Of a stretch of 64,000 nucleotides of DNA, positions 24,638 to 37,185 are shown piece after piece. Source of the DNA: Gracilinanus agilis (taxonomy: Eukaryota); contig NC_058135.1 of assembly GCF_016433145.1 (NCBI RefSeq), positions 267,492,781 through 267,556,780 of the forward strand, in the 5' to 3' direction. The notes beneath the pieces were generated by a model that saw only the letters and a program-made list of their open reading frames with translations, made no database searches and was not told the DNA's origin. The translations under genes and the position numbers were made by a program. Every line of letters begins with the position of its first letter. The first letter of the stretch is position 1.

Positions 24638-26029
24638 CTCTACATGATCCAAGTTCAGACTTTCATCGTTTCTTGCCTACACTGCTTCTGCCTTTTTTTT
24701 AATTAATTTTTTTTGTCAGTGAAAATTCTTCTTTCCTTCCCATCTTCCTCCCCTACCCCCACTGAGAAAAGAAAGAATTTTATTTCTTTGAATTTTATTC
24801 AATGCATATTCCTACATTGGCCGTGTCCAAAACAAATACATCTTAATCTTCTCTCTTGAGTAGGAAATGAGTAGCATATTTCATCTGAAATCATGTAATA
24901 CAGCATTTTCTTTTTTAACCCTTACCTTCCAACCTAGAATCAACATTGTGTTCTGGTTCCAAGATAGAAGAGTGGTAAGGGTTAGACAAAGGGGGTTAAG
25001 CGACTTGTCCGGGGTCACACAGCTAGGAAGTGTCTGAGGCCAGATTGGAAACCAGGACCCTCCTAGACCCCTAGGTCTGGTTCTCAATCCATTGAGCAGC
25101 CACCTGGCTGATTTTCCTTTCTCAAGTCCCTTCCTCATTCTACTACTGAGGTAATTTTTCTAACATCTGCCTCCATTAACTCTCCTGCTCAGGGTGCTTC
25201 AGGGGCTCCCTCTTGCCTCTAGGTTCAAATATAACTTCCTTAGTTTGGATTTAAAGCTTTGCACAACATAGACCCTCCCATCTTGAATCTTTGACAGTTT
25301 TCTTAGATTTTATTCAAACCCTGATCCAATTCCACTGACCTACTTGGAATTCTAACATGGTGTCCCAACCTCCTTCCCCATGACTTTTGCACTGCCTGTC
25401 CCTCATGAAATCTCTGGGACCCCTTCACCTCCTCCTCAGTTTCCCCAGCTTCCTTCAAGACTCAGCTGAAATCCCACCTTCAGTGAGTTAGTTCTCCGAA
25501 CTTTGTTAGTGCCTTCCCCGAGATTATCCTTCCATCTACTCTGACTGGAATGTAGTCTGTGCATTTTCCAGCGCTTACCACAGTGCCGGGCACATAGTAG
25601 GTGTCTAATAAATGCTTACTGACTGATGTATGGGGAGGAGTCATGGGCAGTAAGCCTGAAAAGTTCTGGAGACCTATTTCTAAGAGCTCCCACTTGGAGA
25701 TGGCTCTAATTGTTAGGAGTTTTCCCCCTGATATCAAGCTGAGCTTTATTTTTATTTATTTTTTAAAATTTATTTATTTGTGAATGCTAGCTATTATTCT
25801 TAGGAGAGAGGGGCATCAAATGTAATAAGGTATATTTTAAGGAAATATGCTTTATGGCTCCATTCACCATCCTTGTAACTACCTGCCAAGCCCTCTTCGG
25901 TCATCATTCCAATATATTTTGTCTTTCCTGTTAGAATGGGAGATCCTTGAAGTCAGGGTCCTGGGCTTTTGAATCTGCTTCCCTAATGCTTAGCACATAG
26001 TAAGGTGTTTTTGTTTTGTTTTGTTTTGT

Positions 26030-26361
26030 TTAACCCTTATCTTCAGTCTTAGAATCAATACTAAGTATCAATTCTGAGGCAGAAGAGCAATAAAGGGTAG
26101 GCAATTTTAGTTAAGTGACTTTCCCATGGTCACACAGCTAGAAGTGTCTGAGGACAAATTTGAACCCACATTCTCCCAACTCCAGGCCAGATGCTCTATC
26201 CAATGTGCTTCCTGTGAATCCAGTTATAAAGGGTAGGCAATTTTAGTTAAGTGACTTTCCCATGGTCACACAGCTAGAAGTGTCTGAGGACAAATTTGAA
26301 CCCACATTCTCCCAACTCCAGGCCAGATGCTCTATCCAATGTGCTTCCTGTGAATCCAGTT
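26030..26361 (-). mobile_element. SINE1_Mdo-type SINE containing a 136-bp perfect tandem duplication
   Basis: 26090-26225 is identical to 26226-26361. Confidence 0.88.
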
Positions 26362-26500
26362 CTGAGCTAGGCACTGTCTGGAGCAAGGACGTAAGAGATG
26401 TGGTCCTCAGTTTCAGTGGTTGAGATTGGAAGAAAATATTCAAGGAAAATGCAGAGATGGAGATTGAGAGAAAAAAAGGCTAGAGTCCATCCTTAGATGG

Positions 26501-26830
26501 TGTAAGATTTAAATTACTATCCAATAACTCCCACGTATTATATTTTATAAAGTTTATTAATAATTATTATTATTATATTATTATTTTCTACTTGAAGTAG
26601 AAAGAAAATAAAAGAAATAGAAGTTCAAACCTAATTATCTAACAAAAAGTAAACCCATGTGTATAGATTCTCCTGCTTGGCACAAAGCCCGCTTTCCCAG
26701 CCGCAATCAGGCGAAAAGAGAGAGAGGCGGAGCTATACAAAACTTTATCTCCAAAACGTAAGGATGTAACATGAGAACGAAAGTGGGATGCTGGGATGTA
26801 GAGTCCTGGGGAGCAGATTCGAATTATACA
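26501..26830 (-). mobile_element. Short solo LTR (330 bp), related family copy 3
   Basis: TGTAAGATTTAAAT...GAATTATACA with TSD ATGG at 26497-26500 and 26831-26834. Confidence 0.8.
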
Positions 26831-26999
26831 ATGGGTAAGTTTCAAGTTCCTTGGCCTGGCAGGAGGTCTAGGCTGCCTAGTGTGTTCCTAGTAGATATAA
26901 CTGAGCACTTGACATTGATTTCAATCATCATCCAAAGGACAAGAGAGTCCAGCAGAACCAAGATGATGGAGAAGGTACACAGACCTATCTGATTTCTAC

Positions 27000-29950
27000 C
27001 AAATTATCCCCCAGAGAACCATGATATAATGCCTCAGAATGAATTCTGGAGAAGCATAACCCACAAAAAGACAGGATGAAATTATTTTTCAGCCCCAAAC
27101 AACTTAGAATAATCGATCTAGTGTGCCTGAATGGAAATGGAGGGCAAAGCAGTGCACCAGGACAGGCTCCACTGTGGCAACAGGTCCTGGGCACAGGAAA
27201 AACAGGGTCAAAGACTTCCAGAACTCTTAGCCATAGTTGGGGAAGGGGGAGAGCAGAGGTCAGACAACTGCTCAGAAGGAGATTAAAGGGGTTCCTTTCC
27301 AGGCTCTGGGTGCAAGATTTGTTGCATTGCTCATACACAGGTAATAGTCCTGGAGCAAGGTTTCAGGATGCAGAGGAACATTAGCACAAACCAGTTCTTG
27401 TGGCCACAGGGCAGCAGAGGACCCTGGTCATAGTTCCAAGGTGTAAAAGAGTGCTTGTGGTTACTCACAGATCACAGTACAGACTGGGAGAATATTAAAC
27501 GCCTCTTCTTACATCAAAGCACCTTGAAAACAAATAGATCCCCAGAGCCAGCTCTGAAGGCAGCTACACAAAGAACCTAAAGCTTGGAACAGTGCTCCCT
27601 TCACCACAGGTACAGGCCCCAACTTTAACAATTTTTTAAATTAAAAGAAAAATAAAAGGCCGGAAACTGAGCACACAACAACAAAAGAAACTCAGTATAG
27701 AAAGCTATTTCGGCGACAGGGAAGACCAAAACAAACTCAGAAGACAACAGATTCAATACTGTTGCATCCAAAAACTCCACAAAAAATAGGAATTGCTCTC
27801 AAGCCCAAAAAGAATTACTCAAGGGGCTCAAAAAGGATTCTAGAAATCAAATAAGAGGGGTAGGTAGGAAGAAAATTGGGAAAAGAAATGAGTGATACAG
27901 GAAAATCATGGAAAAAAATCAATAGCTTGGAAAAAGATGCACCAAAAAAAAATGAAATCAGTATCTTAAAAACAATAGATCAATTGGTAAATGAGGCATT
28001 AAAATCCAATGAAGAGAAGAACTCCTTGAAAGGCAGAATTGGCCAAAAGGATAAGTCCCAGGAATATTATAGCCAATTCCATAAATCCCAAGTCAAGGAG
28101 AAAATATTGCAACAGCAAAAAGGAAACAGTTCAAATATTGGGGAACTGCAGTCAGCATGACAAAATTTGGCAGCTTCTACATTACAAAGGATTGCAGAGC
28201 CTGGGTTATGATATTCCAGAGGGCAAAGGACTTAGGATTTCAACCAAGAATCACCCAAAAAAAACAGCATTATCCTTCAAGGGGGGAGGGGGGGAGGATA
28301 TTCAGTGAAATAGAGGACTTTCAAATATTCCTGATGAAAAGACTAGGGATGAGTGGAAAATCTGACTCTAAAATACAAGACAAAAGAGAAACAGGAAAGA
28401 AAACTCAAAAGACATTCAGTGTGGTTCAATTGTTTATATACCTACATAGGAAGACGATTCTTTTAACTCCAAAGAACTTTGTCATTATTAGGACAATTAG
28501 GAGTATACATAGAGGTCAAGGGTGTGAGTTGAATGTGATGGGATGATATAAAAATTAAATTATGACAAAGAAAGATGAAGGCTTTGGGAGGAGGGGGAAG
28601 GGAAAAATAGAATGAGATAAATTATCTCACAGAAAAGAGGCATGAAAGAACGTTTACAATGGAAGGGAAGGTGGCAGAGGTAGAGAATGTCAACCATACT
28701 CTCATCAGAAGTGGCTCAATGAGGGGAGAACATACACAATCAATAGGGTATAGAAATCTTATCCTCCTGGAAAGCAGGAAGAAAAAGGGATAAAAGAAAA
28801 GGGGGGGACTGATAGAAAAGAGGGCAAATTGGAGGAGCTGGTGGTCAAAAACTAAACAGGGGTAAATAGAATGAGAAGTAATACACAGCAAGCATAATGG
28901 TGCTTTTTTTTTTTTTACAATTCATTAATAAATGCTTCATTTCTCAAGAGAAATGAGTTGAATATATAAGAATACAAGTCACTACCCAATTGATAAATGG
29001 TCAAAGGATAAGAACTGGCAGTTCTCAAAGTAATTAAAGCTCTCTTTAGTTATGCAGAAAAGCTCTAAATCACAATCAATTAGAGAAATGCAAATTAAAA
29101 CAGCTCTGAAGTACCACCCCACACCTATCTGATTGGCCATTATGCCAGAAAAGAAAAATGACAAAACTTGGAGGGGATGTGGGAAAATTGAGGCACTAAT
29201 GCACCGTTGGGGGAATTGTGCACTGATTCAAATCATTCTAGAGAACAATTTGGACCTATCCCCAAAGGACTATAAAACAGTACATATCCTATATGTACTG
29301 CAATACTATTACTAGGCTTGTATCCCAAAGAGATTAAAAAACAAAAAGGGGAAGGAACTCTTAAGTTCAAAAAGAGTTTAAGCACTTCTTTTTGTGGGCA
29401 CAAAGAATTGCAAAGTGAGGGGATAGCCATCAATTGGGGAATGGCTGAGTAAGTTATACTACCTGATTGTAATGGAATACTATTTTGCTGTAAGAAATGA
29501 CAAGTAGGGGAAGCTCAGAAAAACTGGAAAGACTTACATGAACTGAACCAATGTGAAATAGGCAGAACCAAGAGAAGAGTGTACATAGTGACAGGAATAC
29601 TACACAAGGAATGACCGTGAATATACTTTGCTATTCTCAGCAATACAATGATCCAAAACTATTCCAAAGGACTCATGATAAAAAATGCCATCTACTTCCA
29701 GAAAAAGAACTGATGGAGTTAGAATCCAAAACAAAAAATAAATTTCTTCACCCTTTCTTCATTTTTTTTTTGTTCAAGATTTCTTCCACAAAAGGATTAA
29801 TATGAAAAGATGTTTTACGTGATTGCACGGGTAATATCTATAGGAGACTGTTGCCATCTCAAGAGGGAAGGCTTGGGAGGAGATGAGAGGAAGGAAAAGA
29901 ATTAGAGTCAATATTCTTCAGAAAATGCTTTTACATGTAATGGGGGGAAT
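27000..29950 (+). mobile_element. Internally deleted L1 (5' UTR + ORF1 + ORF2 C-terminus + 3' UTR)
   Basis: CRAWVMIFQRAKDLGFQPRIT resembles the L1 ORF1 C-terminus (28157-28546). KTWRGCGKIEALMH resembles the ORF2 C-terminus (29133-29315). No EN/RT sequence lies between them. Confidence 0.8.
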
Positions 29951-32527
29951 TAAGTTACTTTTTTTTAAGTATAGAGAGGAAGCATCCGAGAGATCCAGCA
30001 AGTGCTGCTATGGATGGAGTCAAAGGGAAACCATCTCCTCCACCTGGAATGTGAAGGGTGACGTACTGTAGTAGTTATTAATAGCTAACTTCCCGAATTC
30101 TGGCTGCCTCATCCAATCCTGCTCCTTGGCCATCTGCCCTCCCTATTAGCAAAGAAGGTGATATCTGGACTGAAATCCTGCACAGCCTTCCCTTTTCAAA
30201 GTCGACGGCCAGCTGCCGGACTCCATGCTGTGACACCAAATGTGTTACTAGTTCTCTTTTGTATTTGGACCCTGAATTCAAAACCCTGACTCTTCATGGG
30301 GAGCCCTGTGCTTTGGATAGCCAGTCCTAACAATCTTCTCATTGGATTTGGACAGAGACAGGATGGTAGAGTGGACAGAAAGAGGGGGATTTGAATCTCT
30401 GCTATGTCTTTCAGAAGGGTCCTTCTCTGTGAAATGGGTATAATTATATACCTACACCATCAACATCATGGATTTGCAGAGGACAAAGTGCTAGAAGGAA
30501 CACTATTTCAACATGAGCTGGGCATTAGGGGGCGGTTCTGACCCACATTTAAAGTGGGTCCTGGTTTTCAGAGTTCTTTCATTTCAAATCAATCAAAAAA
30601 CATTTAAGCCAATACCTTCCTCATGCACCCTCCGAGTACCCAGGAAGAGATCCTTTGGCTCTTTTGAGAGATGGCCATGACCTAGTTCTGGTAGAGGAGG
30701 AACCCAAAAAATCCCAACCCAGAGCATTAGCAAGATTGCTGAGCTTTATCCCATTCTAGAGGGTGGGTTCCTTTTGTCCCCTCTGGCACTCGAAGCCTCT
30801 GCTTGAGCCCTGTATCTAGAGAGAGGGGATGGTTTGAGAGAGCAGACATCATCAGTGTGGTGTGGGCGGTGCCAGGCAAAATTGTTCCTGGCTTACTTTG
30901 CAGGAAGAGGCCCATTGCTTTTTAAATCCTGCAGGTGGCAGCTGGACCTAAGGCTGGGCATTCGTGGGCCAAGCCTGGGCAGCCCAGGTGGTGATGCCTC
31001 TGTTCTATCTGCAACCAACAGTGTCCTTGAAGAGCAAAGATGAATAAACAAGGTACATTGTGGGGAGAAATAACAGAGAAGCTGACAGGGAGGAGGGAAA
31101 GTCACCCCTGAACTTCATTCCTCTCCCCCCAATTCTTACAGAAACCCAATAATGTCAAAGAGCATCTCAGCTCTTAAAGGTCCCTTTGCTACCACTACTC
31201 CCCACCTTCTGAGATCCTTCTGGCTCCTTGAATTCCCTCCTCACCCATTCTCTTGAGAGAGTCCTTTTTCCCTGGAGTTGAAAAAGACTTAAGTCTCAAG
31301 ACTACAATATCATAAATTAAGAGTTTGAAGGAGCCCCAAAATCCACTACCACCCCATTTGTACAGATGAGGAAATCGAGGTTCAGGGAGTTTCTATGACT
31401 TGCTCCAGGTCATCCAGATCATGAGCAGGCTAGATTTGAACCCATATCCTCTGAATCCAGTACTCCAATGCTCTTTCCCCTATAGCACTCTTCCCCCTAA
31501 GAAGTTAAATGACTTACCCGGGTCTCTCAGAGTATGGGTCAGGGGAGGGCATTTTCCTTGAAGGCATAGCTTTTGCAGAGCTGTATTTCCCCCACTACTA
31601 CTAAGAGCAGCTGAGCATCCTCTCCCTGTGGCATATATGCTCACCTGAACTTTGAAAGAATAGTCCAGTTGTCCTTGAAAACCCAGCCTAGGATCATAGA
31701 TTTAGAGCAAGAAAGAATTTTAGAAGCTATCAAGTCCCCCTCCATGAGCCCAAAAAGATGCAATATTTTGCCTAAGATCACACAGGTAGTGAGTGTTCTG
31801 TCCTCATCCCCTCCCCAAGCAAGGCTAGCTACAGGGTTTACTCCTGAGGGATTGGGGTATTTCTTCTCTAATTCCATTGGTTCAAGCCCACATTCCAGCA
31901 TATCCACCCTCACAACATTCACCACTAACCAATTAACTAAAGAAAGAGATATTTAAAGATGCAGCAAGAACAGAAATAGAAATATTCCTATCCCCAACAC
32001 CTATGGGGCACACCCTCTCCTAGACCATTTCGGTCTCCTGGGAGAGTGGGCTCAGACTTTAAACAGTTGGCTCCACCATGTTCATTTCCCAATGCCATAC
32101 TTCAGGCAGATTAGACCTTGACCCAGCTATCACTGGCTTGGGTCACCATGGTTCCTGGCTTAGATACCAAACTCCTGGCCCTCAGGTGATTCACCCTCCT
32201 GTCCTTTCAAAACTCACTCCATGGGAGTCTCCAATCTCCTCCACCTCAAATGAAGACAAATGGCAAAGCAAAGATCCAAGGTCTATATTCACTGGGCTAC
32301 ATGTCCATCTTAGAAGGAGGAAACAAGATCTTTCTTCTTACAGCACTGTCAGCTAGACAGAAGACACCCAAAGAAGGAATTAGACGAGGCTAGTTTGGGC
32401 TCTTCAACGGTAGCCGAAGAGTATACTCTTCAACATGTGCTGAGTGACTGCAACCAGCTGCAGGACATCTGTCTACACCTGCTCTAAGTCACTCCAAGAT
32501 CATCATAGCTCTTACAGAAACAGGCAG

Positions 32528-32755
32528 GGTAATAATTGGGAATTTTGTACCTTTGAACTCCATTCCCCAGAATTCCTTTCTGCATTACCCTTTTCCTTTC
32601 ATTTACGTGGGTGCTTACGTTGTTTGTTTTTAAGTTCTATAACTTCTCCCTCTCGCTCTCTTCTCTCACAACTGGGCTGAGTTAGCTAGCTCTTTTACTT
32701 TATTTATTATTTATAAACTTTATTAAATATAATACTTAGAATATTAAAATCTACA
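32528..32755 (+). mobile_element. Short solo LTR (228 bp), family copy 4
   Basis: (g)gtaataattgggaattttgtacc...aaaatctaca with TSD GCAG at 32524-32527 and 32756-32759. Confidence 0.78.
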
Positions 32756-32850
32756 GCAGCCAATCACTTACACCTAAGGAATTGTTTCAAAGGCTGTCTA
32801 CTCATGCAGATAAGGACCAGACACGGTGGTCCATTTCAAGTGTATGAGAT

Positions 32851-33051
32851 GGGGTAGCTGGGTGGCTCAGTGGATTGAGAACCAGGTGTAGAGACAAGAG
32901 GTCCTGGGTTCAAGTGTGATCTCAGATATTTCTTAGCTGGGTGGCCCTGGGCAAGTCTCTTTGCCCCCATTGCCTAGCTCTTACCACTCTTCTGCCTTGG
33001 AATCAATACATAGTATTCAGTCTAAGATAAAAGGTAAGAGTTTAAAAAAAA
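32851..33051 (+). mobile_element. SINE1_Mdo-type SINE
   Basis: tRNA-like head, CORE and A-tail. Similar copies lie at ~6250(-), 13833(+), 20663(+), 21768(+), 24910(-), 35080(-), 41554(+), 42663(-), 47228(-), 49200(-), 51071(+) and 58595(-). Confidence 0.88.
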
Positions 33052-33349
33052 TCAGCCTGTCTTTCTACCTAGACTCTCAGCCCTTACAAGACAGGGACAT
33101 ATTTTAGGCTGAAGGATGTTTATCCTGAAAAAGAAAAGGCTTAAGAGGACTTTGAGAGCTGTGTTCCAGGAAGTGGCAGAGGATTTAACCTTGTTCTGTT
33201 TGGCTCCAGAAGGAAGAACTAAAAATGATGAGTGGAAGGTACAAAGGGCCAGACTTGGGCTTCACCTCAAAGAGCACTTCTTAATGATGACTGCTGTTGA
33301 GTTGTTTTTTGGTCTTGTTGGACTCTTTATGACCCATTTAAGGTTTTCT

Positions 33350-33540
33350 TGGCAGATACTGGAGCAGTTTGTCATTTCCTTCTTCAGCTCATTTTACAGA
33401 TGAGGAAACTGAGGCAAATTTGGCAAAGGGACTTCCCCAGGATCATGAGGCTAGTGGCTCAGACTGGATTTGAATTCAGGAAGATGAGTATTCCCGACTC
33501 CAGACCCAGTGCTCAATCCACTGCACCACCTAACTGCTCT
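33350..33540 (-). mobile_element. MAR1-type CORE-SINE (BovB-like tail)
   Basis: catttccttcttcagctcattttacagatgaggaaactgaggc motif. Related copies at ~49545(+), 59620(-) and 62135(+). Confidence 0.8.
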
Positions 33541-36500
33541 AATCATTTGAGCTGCCCAAAACTGGACATAAAGCCTCAGAGGTAGAGCCTCAACTTCAAC
33601 CCTAGTCCCCACCCCAGCCCCATTCCTAGAGGTCTACAGACAAAGATTTGAACTCAGAAATACTGTACAGAGTACCAGTCAGCTCCTATTTGGATGGTCC
33701 TTCTTTCATGGCACAGAGATTCTGTGGTTCTGATTTCTATCTCTAGGTCCTCCCTACCCAGAACCAAGAACAATGTTAGCACATAGAAAGCATTCCAAAA
33801 ATAGTATTTGTTGATGGCTCATTGAATGACTATCTCTGGTTCTCTTCAGACCTTGGATAAGAAGGAAATTTTCACATGTGACTTCCCTAACGCCTTTGCC
33901 AATGTTGTATAATTTATTAGTTGCTATCTGGGCCCTCTCCCCAGAACTGGTTTCATTTTGACCTTTATGTTCTGTGAGACAGGGACTTGTGTGCCTTTGT
34001 ATGCCCCTATCCCTCAACCAGTGCTTGGTATACAGCAGGCATTTCATAAATGTCCGTTGAACTGAATCTGTATGGTCCTTTGGCCAGTTCTTTTCAGGAT
34101 GCAAGTTGAAGAGGGGCAGTATGATGGCAGAGTGATTTCTCTGAGAAAGGTGGGCCAAGAGCAACCTTCCCACCCACTCTTCAAAGGTCCCAACCCTGAG
34201 GCTGGTGGGGGGCAAGCATCTTCCTGGGGTCCACACCCGCCATGATGGAAGCAGTCATCTTTGGGAGGAGAGGTAACAATAAAAAAGAACCATGTGGCTT
34301 CTCAGCCACAAGGGGGAACTAAAAGGACTGATGTAGAAGGAAGTCTGGGAACAGAATGCCAGCTCCAGCATGGGCAGGACTCTTGTCCACCAACACCCAA
34401 GCAGACACCAGCATGGGATGGGGATAGGGGACCCAAATGGTGCCAGCCCTCCCAAAATGTTTCATAATATGGATGTATCAGAGGCACAGAAGAGTGAGAA
34501 GGGAGAAGCTGCTAAGCCAGAGGTCTAGGAGCCAAAGGACCCCAAAACATAGCTGCATTTGGTATGACTTCAGAGATTTAGCCATAGTAGAGTCTTTGGA
34601 GATCACTTACCCCAACCCTGTCATTTTAAAGGTGAGGAAACTGAGACCCTCTAGAGAGTCTCATTGGTGCAAGAAGAAATGGAATAATCGAGCAATTCTG
34701 TCTTTTCCCCTTGGTCTGTTATTCTAAGATGACATCACCTAGGACACTGATAGAGCCTTGGTGGCTAGGCAAGGCAAGGCAAAGCAGGGGAAATGGATAA
34801 ATAACAAATCACAGCTTCACACATTCACTTACTTCCTTCTTTCCTTCCTTTTCCTTCCTTACTCCCTCCCTCCCTCTCTTCCTCTCCCCCTCCCTCCTTC
34901 TNNNNNNNNNNNNNNNNNNNNNNNNNNNNNNNNNNNNNNNNNNNNNNNNNNNNNNNNNNNNNNNNNNNNNNNNNNNNNNNNNNNNNNNNNNNNNNNNNNN
35001 NNNNNNNNNNNNNNNNNNNNNNNNNNNNNNNNNNNNNNNNNNNNNNNNNNNNNNNNNNNNNNNNNNNNNNNNNNNNNNAAACCCTTGCTTTCCATCTTAG
35101 AATTAATGCTATGTATTGGTTCCAAGGCAGAAGAGCAGCAAGGGCCAGGCAATGGGGGTTAAGTGATTTGCCCAGAGTCACATTAGCTAATTAGTATTGA
35201 AGTCAGGACTGGAAATTAGATCCTCTGATACCAAATCCCATTCTCTTTCCCCTGGGACAGGGGAGGCAGTGTGGTCTAATGGAAAGAGCATGGAATTGGG
35301 AGTCGAAGTCAAAAGCCCTGAGTTCTCATCCTGGCTTTAATACCAAATTGTGTGATCATGGATTGAATGTGTGACCAATTCAACAAACATTGACTACACA
35401 CCTCCAACATAACCTTTAATGTCTGGATTGTGCTAGGTACTAGGGATACAAGGCCAAAAAAAAACAAAAAAAAAAACAACCCCCTGCCCTCAAGTGGCTT
35501 AATAATAGCTAACATTTGCAGAGCACTTTCAGATTTATGAAGCACTCTCCAAGTATTATATTATTTGACCCTCATATCAGCCCTGGGATGCTTCATCATC
35601 CCCATTTCACAGATGAGGTGAGGAAACTGGGTGACTTCCCAAAGGTCACAGAGCCAGTAAGTGGCTGAGGTGGGATTTCACTGTAGGTCTTTCTAACTCT
35701 GAATCTCCATCATGCCACCTAGTTATTTACAACTACTGGAGGGAAACAACATGGACACAGAGAAGTCAGTCTATACAAGATCATTAAAAAGCCATTGGAA
35801 GGGAGAGGACAGCTAGGTGGCACAGTGGATGAAGTTCTAGACCTGGAGTCCAGAGGACCTGGGTTCAAATCTTACCTCAGACTGTTGTTCCCAGCTATGT
35901 GACCCTGGGCAAGTTATTGGACTGGTTGCCTAGACCTTGCCCTACTGTCTCAGAGTTGTTACTAGGATAGAAGTGAGGGTTGTTGTTTTTTTTAAGTAAT
36001 TGGGAAAGGATCACAAGCAATGGAACCAGGAAAAACCTCTTCTAAGAAGGTGGCTTTTAAGCTGAGCCTTGAATGGAGTTAGGGGTCTAAGAGACCAAGA
36101 CAAAGAGAGAGGACATTCCAAGACCCTGTGCAAAGCTGAGGAGGTCGCAGATGGAATGTCCTACATGGGAATCAGTAAGTTGATTGTTTGAACTGGACTA
36201 AAGGGTATGTGAAGAGTAGTAATATGCACCAAACCTCAAAGAGAGGCTGGATGGGGATGGGGTAGGGCTCCTCGGGGGCCCTTCTCCCAAGGGGGAGTTT
36301 TCCCCAGAGCATTCTCCATTCATTCTCCAGCATTCTCCCCATTCTCCAAACTTGGGCCCCTTGACTCAGTTGCCTCTTCCCTACTCCACACAGAGCTTCT
36401 CTCACTGGTGAGTTTCCTCCTGAAACCTTCATTTTGGGGAAGGGACTTGATCAGCCACGTCCTCCCAGTCTCTCCTTCACTTCTCAGTTCCCCTTTTATG

Positions 36501-36875
36501 TGCTATCTTCCTCCACTGGAATACAGGCTCCCCGAGGGCAGGCACTGGCTTTCTTTTTCTTGTATTTGTACCCTCCAGTGCTTGATGCTGTACCAGGCGT
36601 TTTTTTTTTCTGTAAACATTTTTTGAATGATTGACTAATTGACTAGCTTTAAATGACTATATAGTATTTTTTTGTATTTTGGATTTTATCCTTGAGACAG
36701 GAAGAAGCAGATAAATGGAATGGTCAGAAATGGAATTTAGGAGCTCTGGGGAAGGATGGATTGGAAAGAGGAAGGGATGCTAGATGTAGCAAAAACCAAT
36801 TAGGAAGTGTTCTAATAGTCCAGGGGGAAAATGATGAAGGGCTTTATCTGATTAGGGTGATTGAAATATGAATGG

Positions 36876-37185
36876 ATAGCTAGGTGGCTCAGTGGATAGA
36901 CTGCCAGGTCTGGAGTCAGGAAGACTCATCTTCCTGAATTCAAATCCAACCTCAGACATTTAGCAGCTGTGCGACCCTGGGCAAGTCACTTTACCTTGTT
37001 TGCTTCAGTTTCTTCATCTGTAAAATGAGCTGGAAAAGGAAATGGCAAACCACTCAATATCTTTAACAAGAAAATCCTTCTTCCCTCAGTTTCCTCATCT
37101 GTAAAATGAGGTGGAGAAGGAAATGGCAAACCACTCAGTATGTTTGTCAAGAAAATCCCAAATGAGGTCACAAATGACTGAACAA
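36876..37185 (+). mobile_element. MAR1-type SINE with a duplicated core-tail module
   Basis: Two ~80-bp units of ctcagtttcctcatctgtaaaatgag..gaaggaaatggcaaaccactc..aagaaaatcc. Confidence 0.8.
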
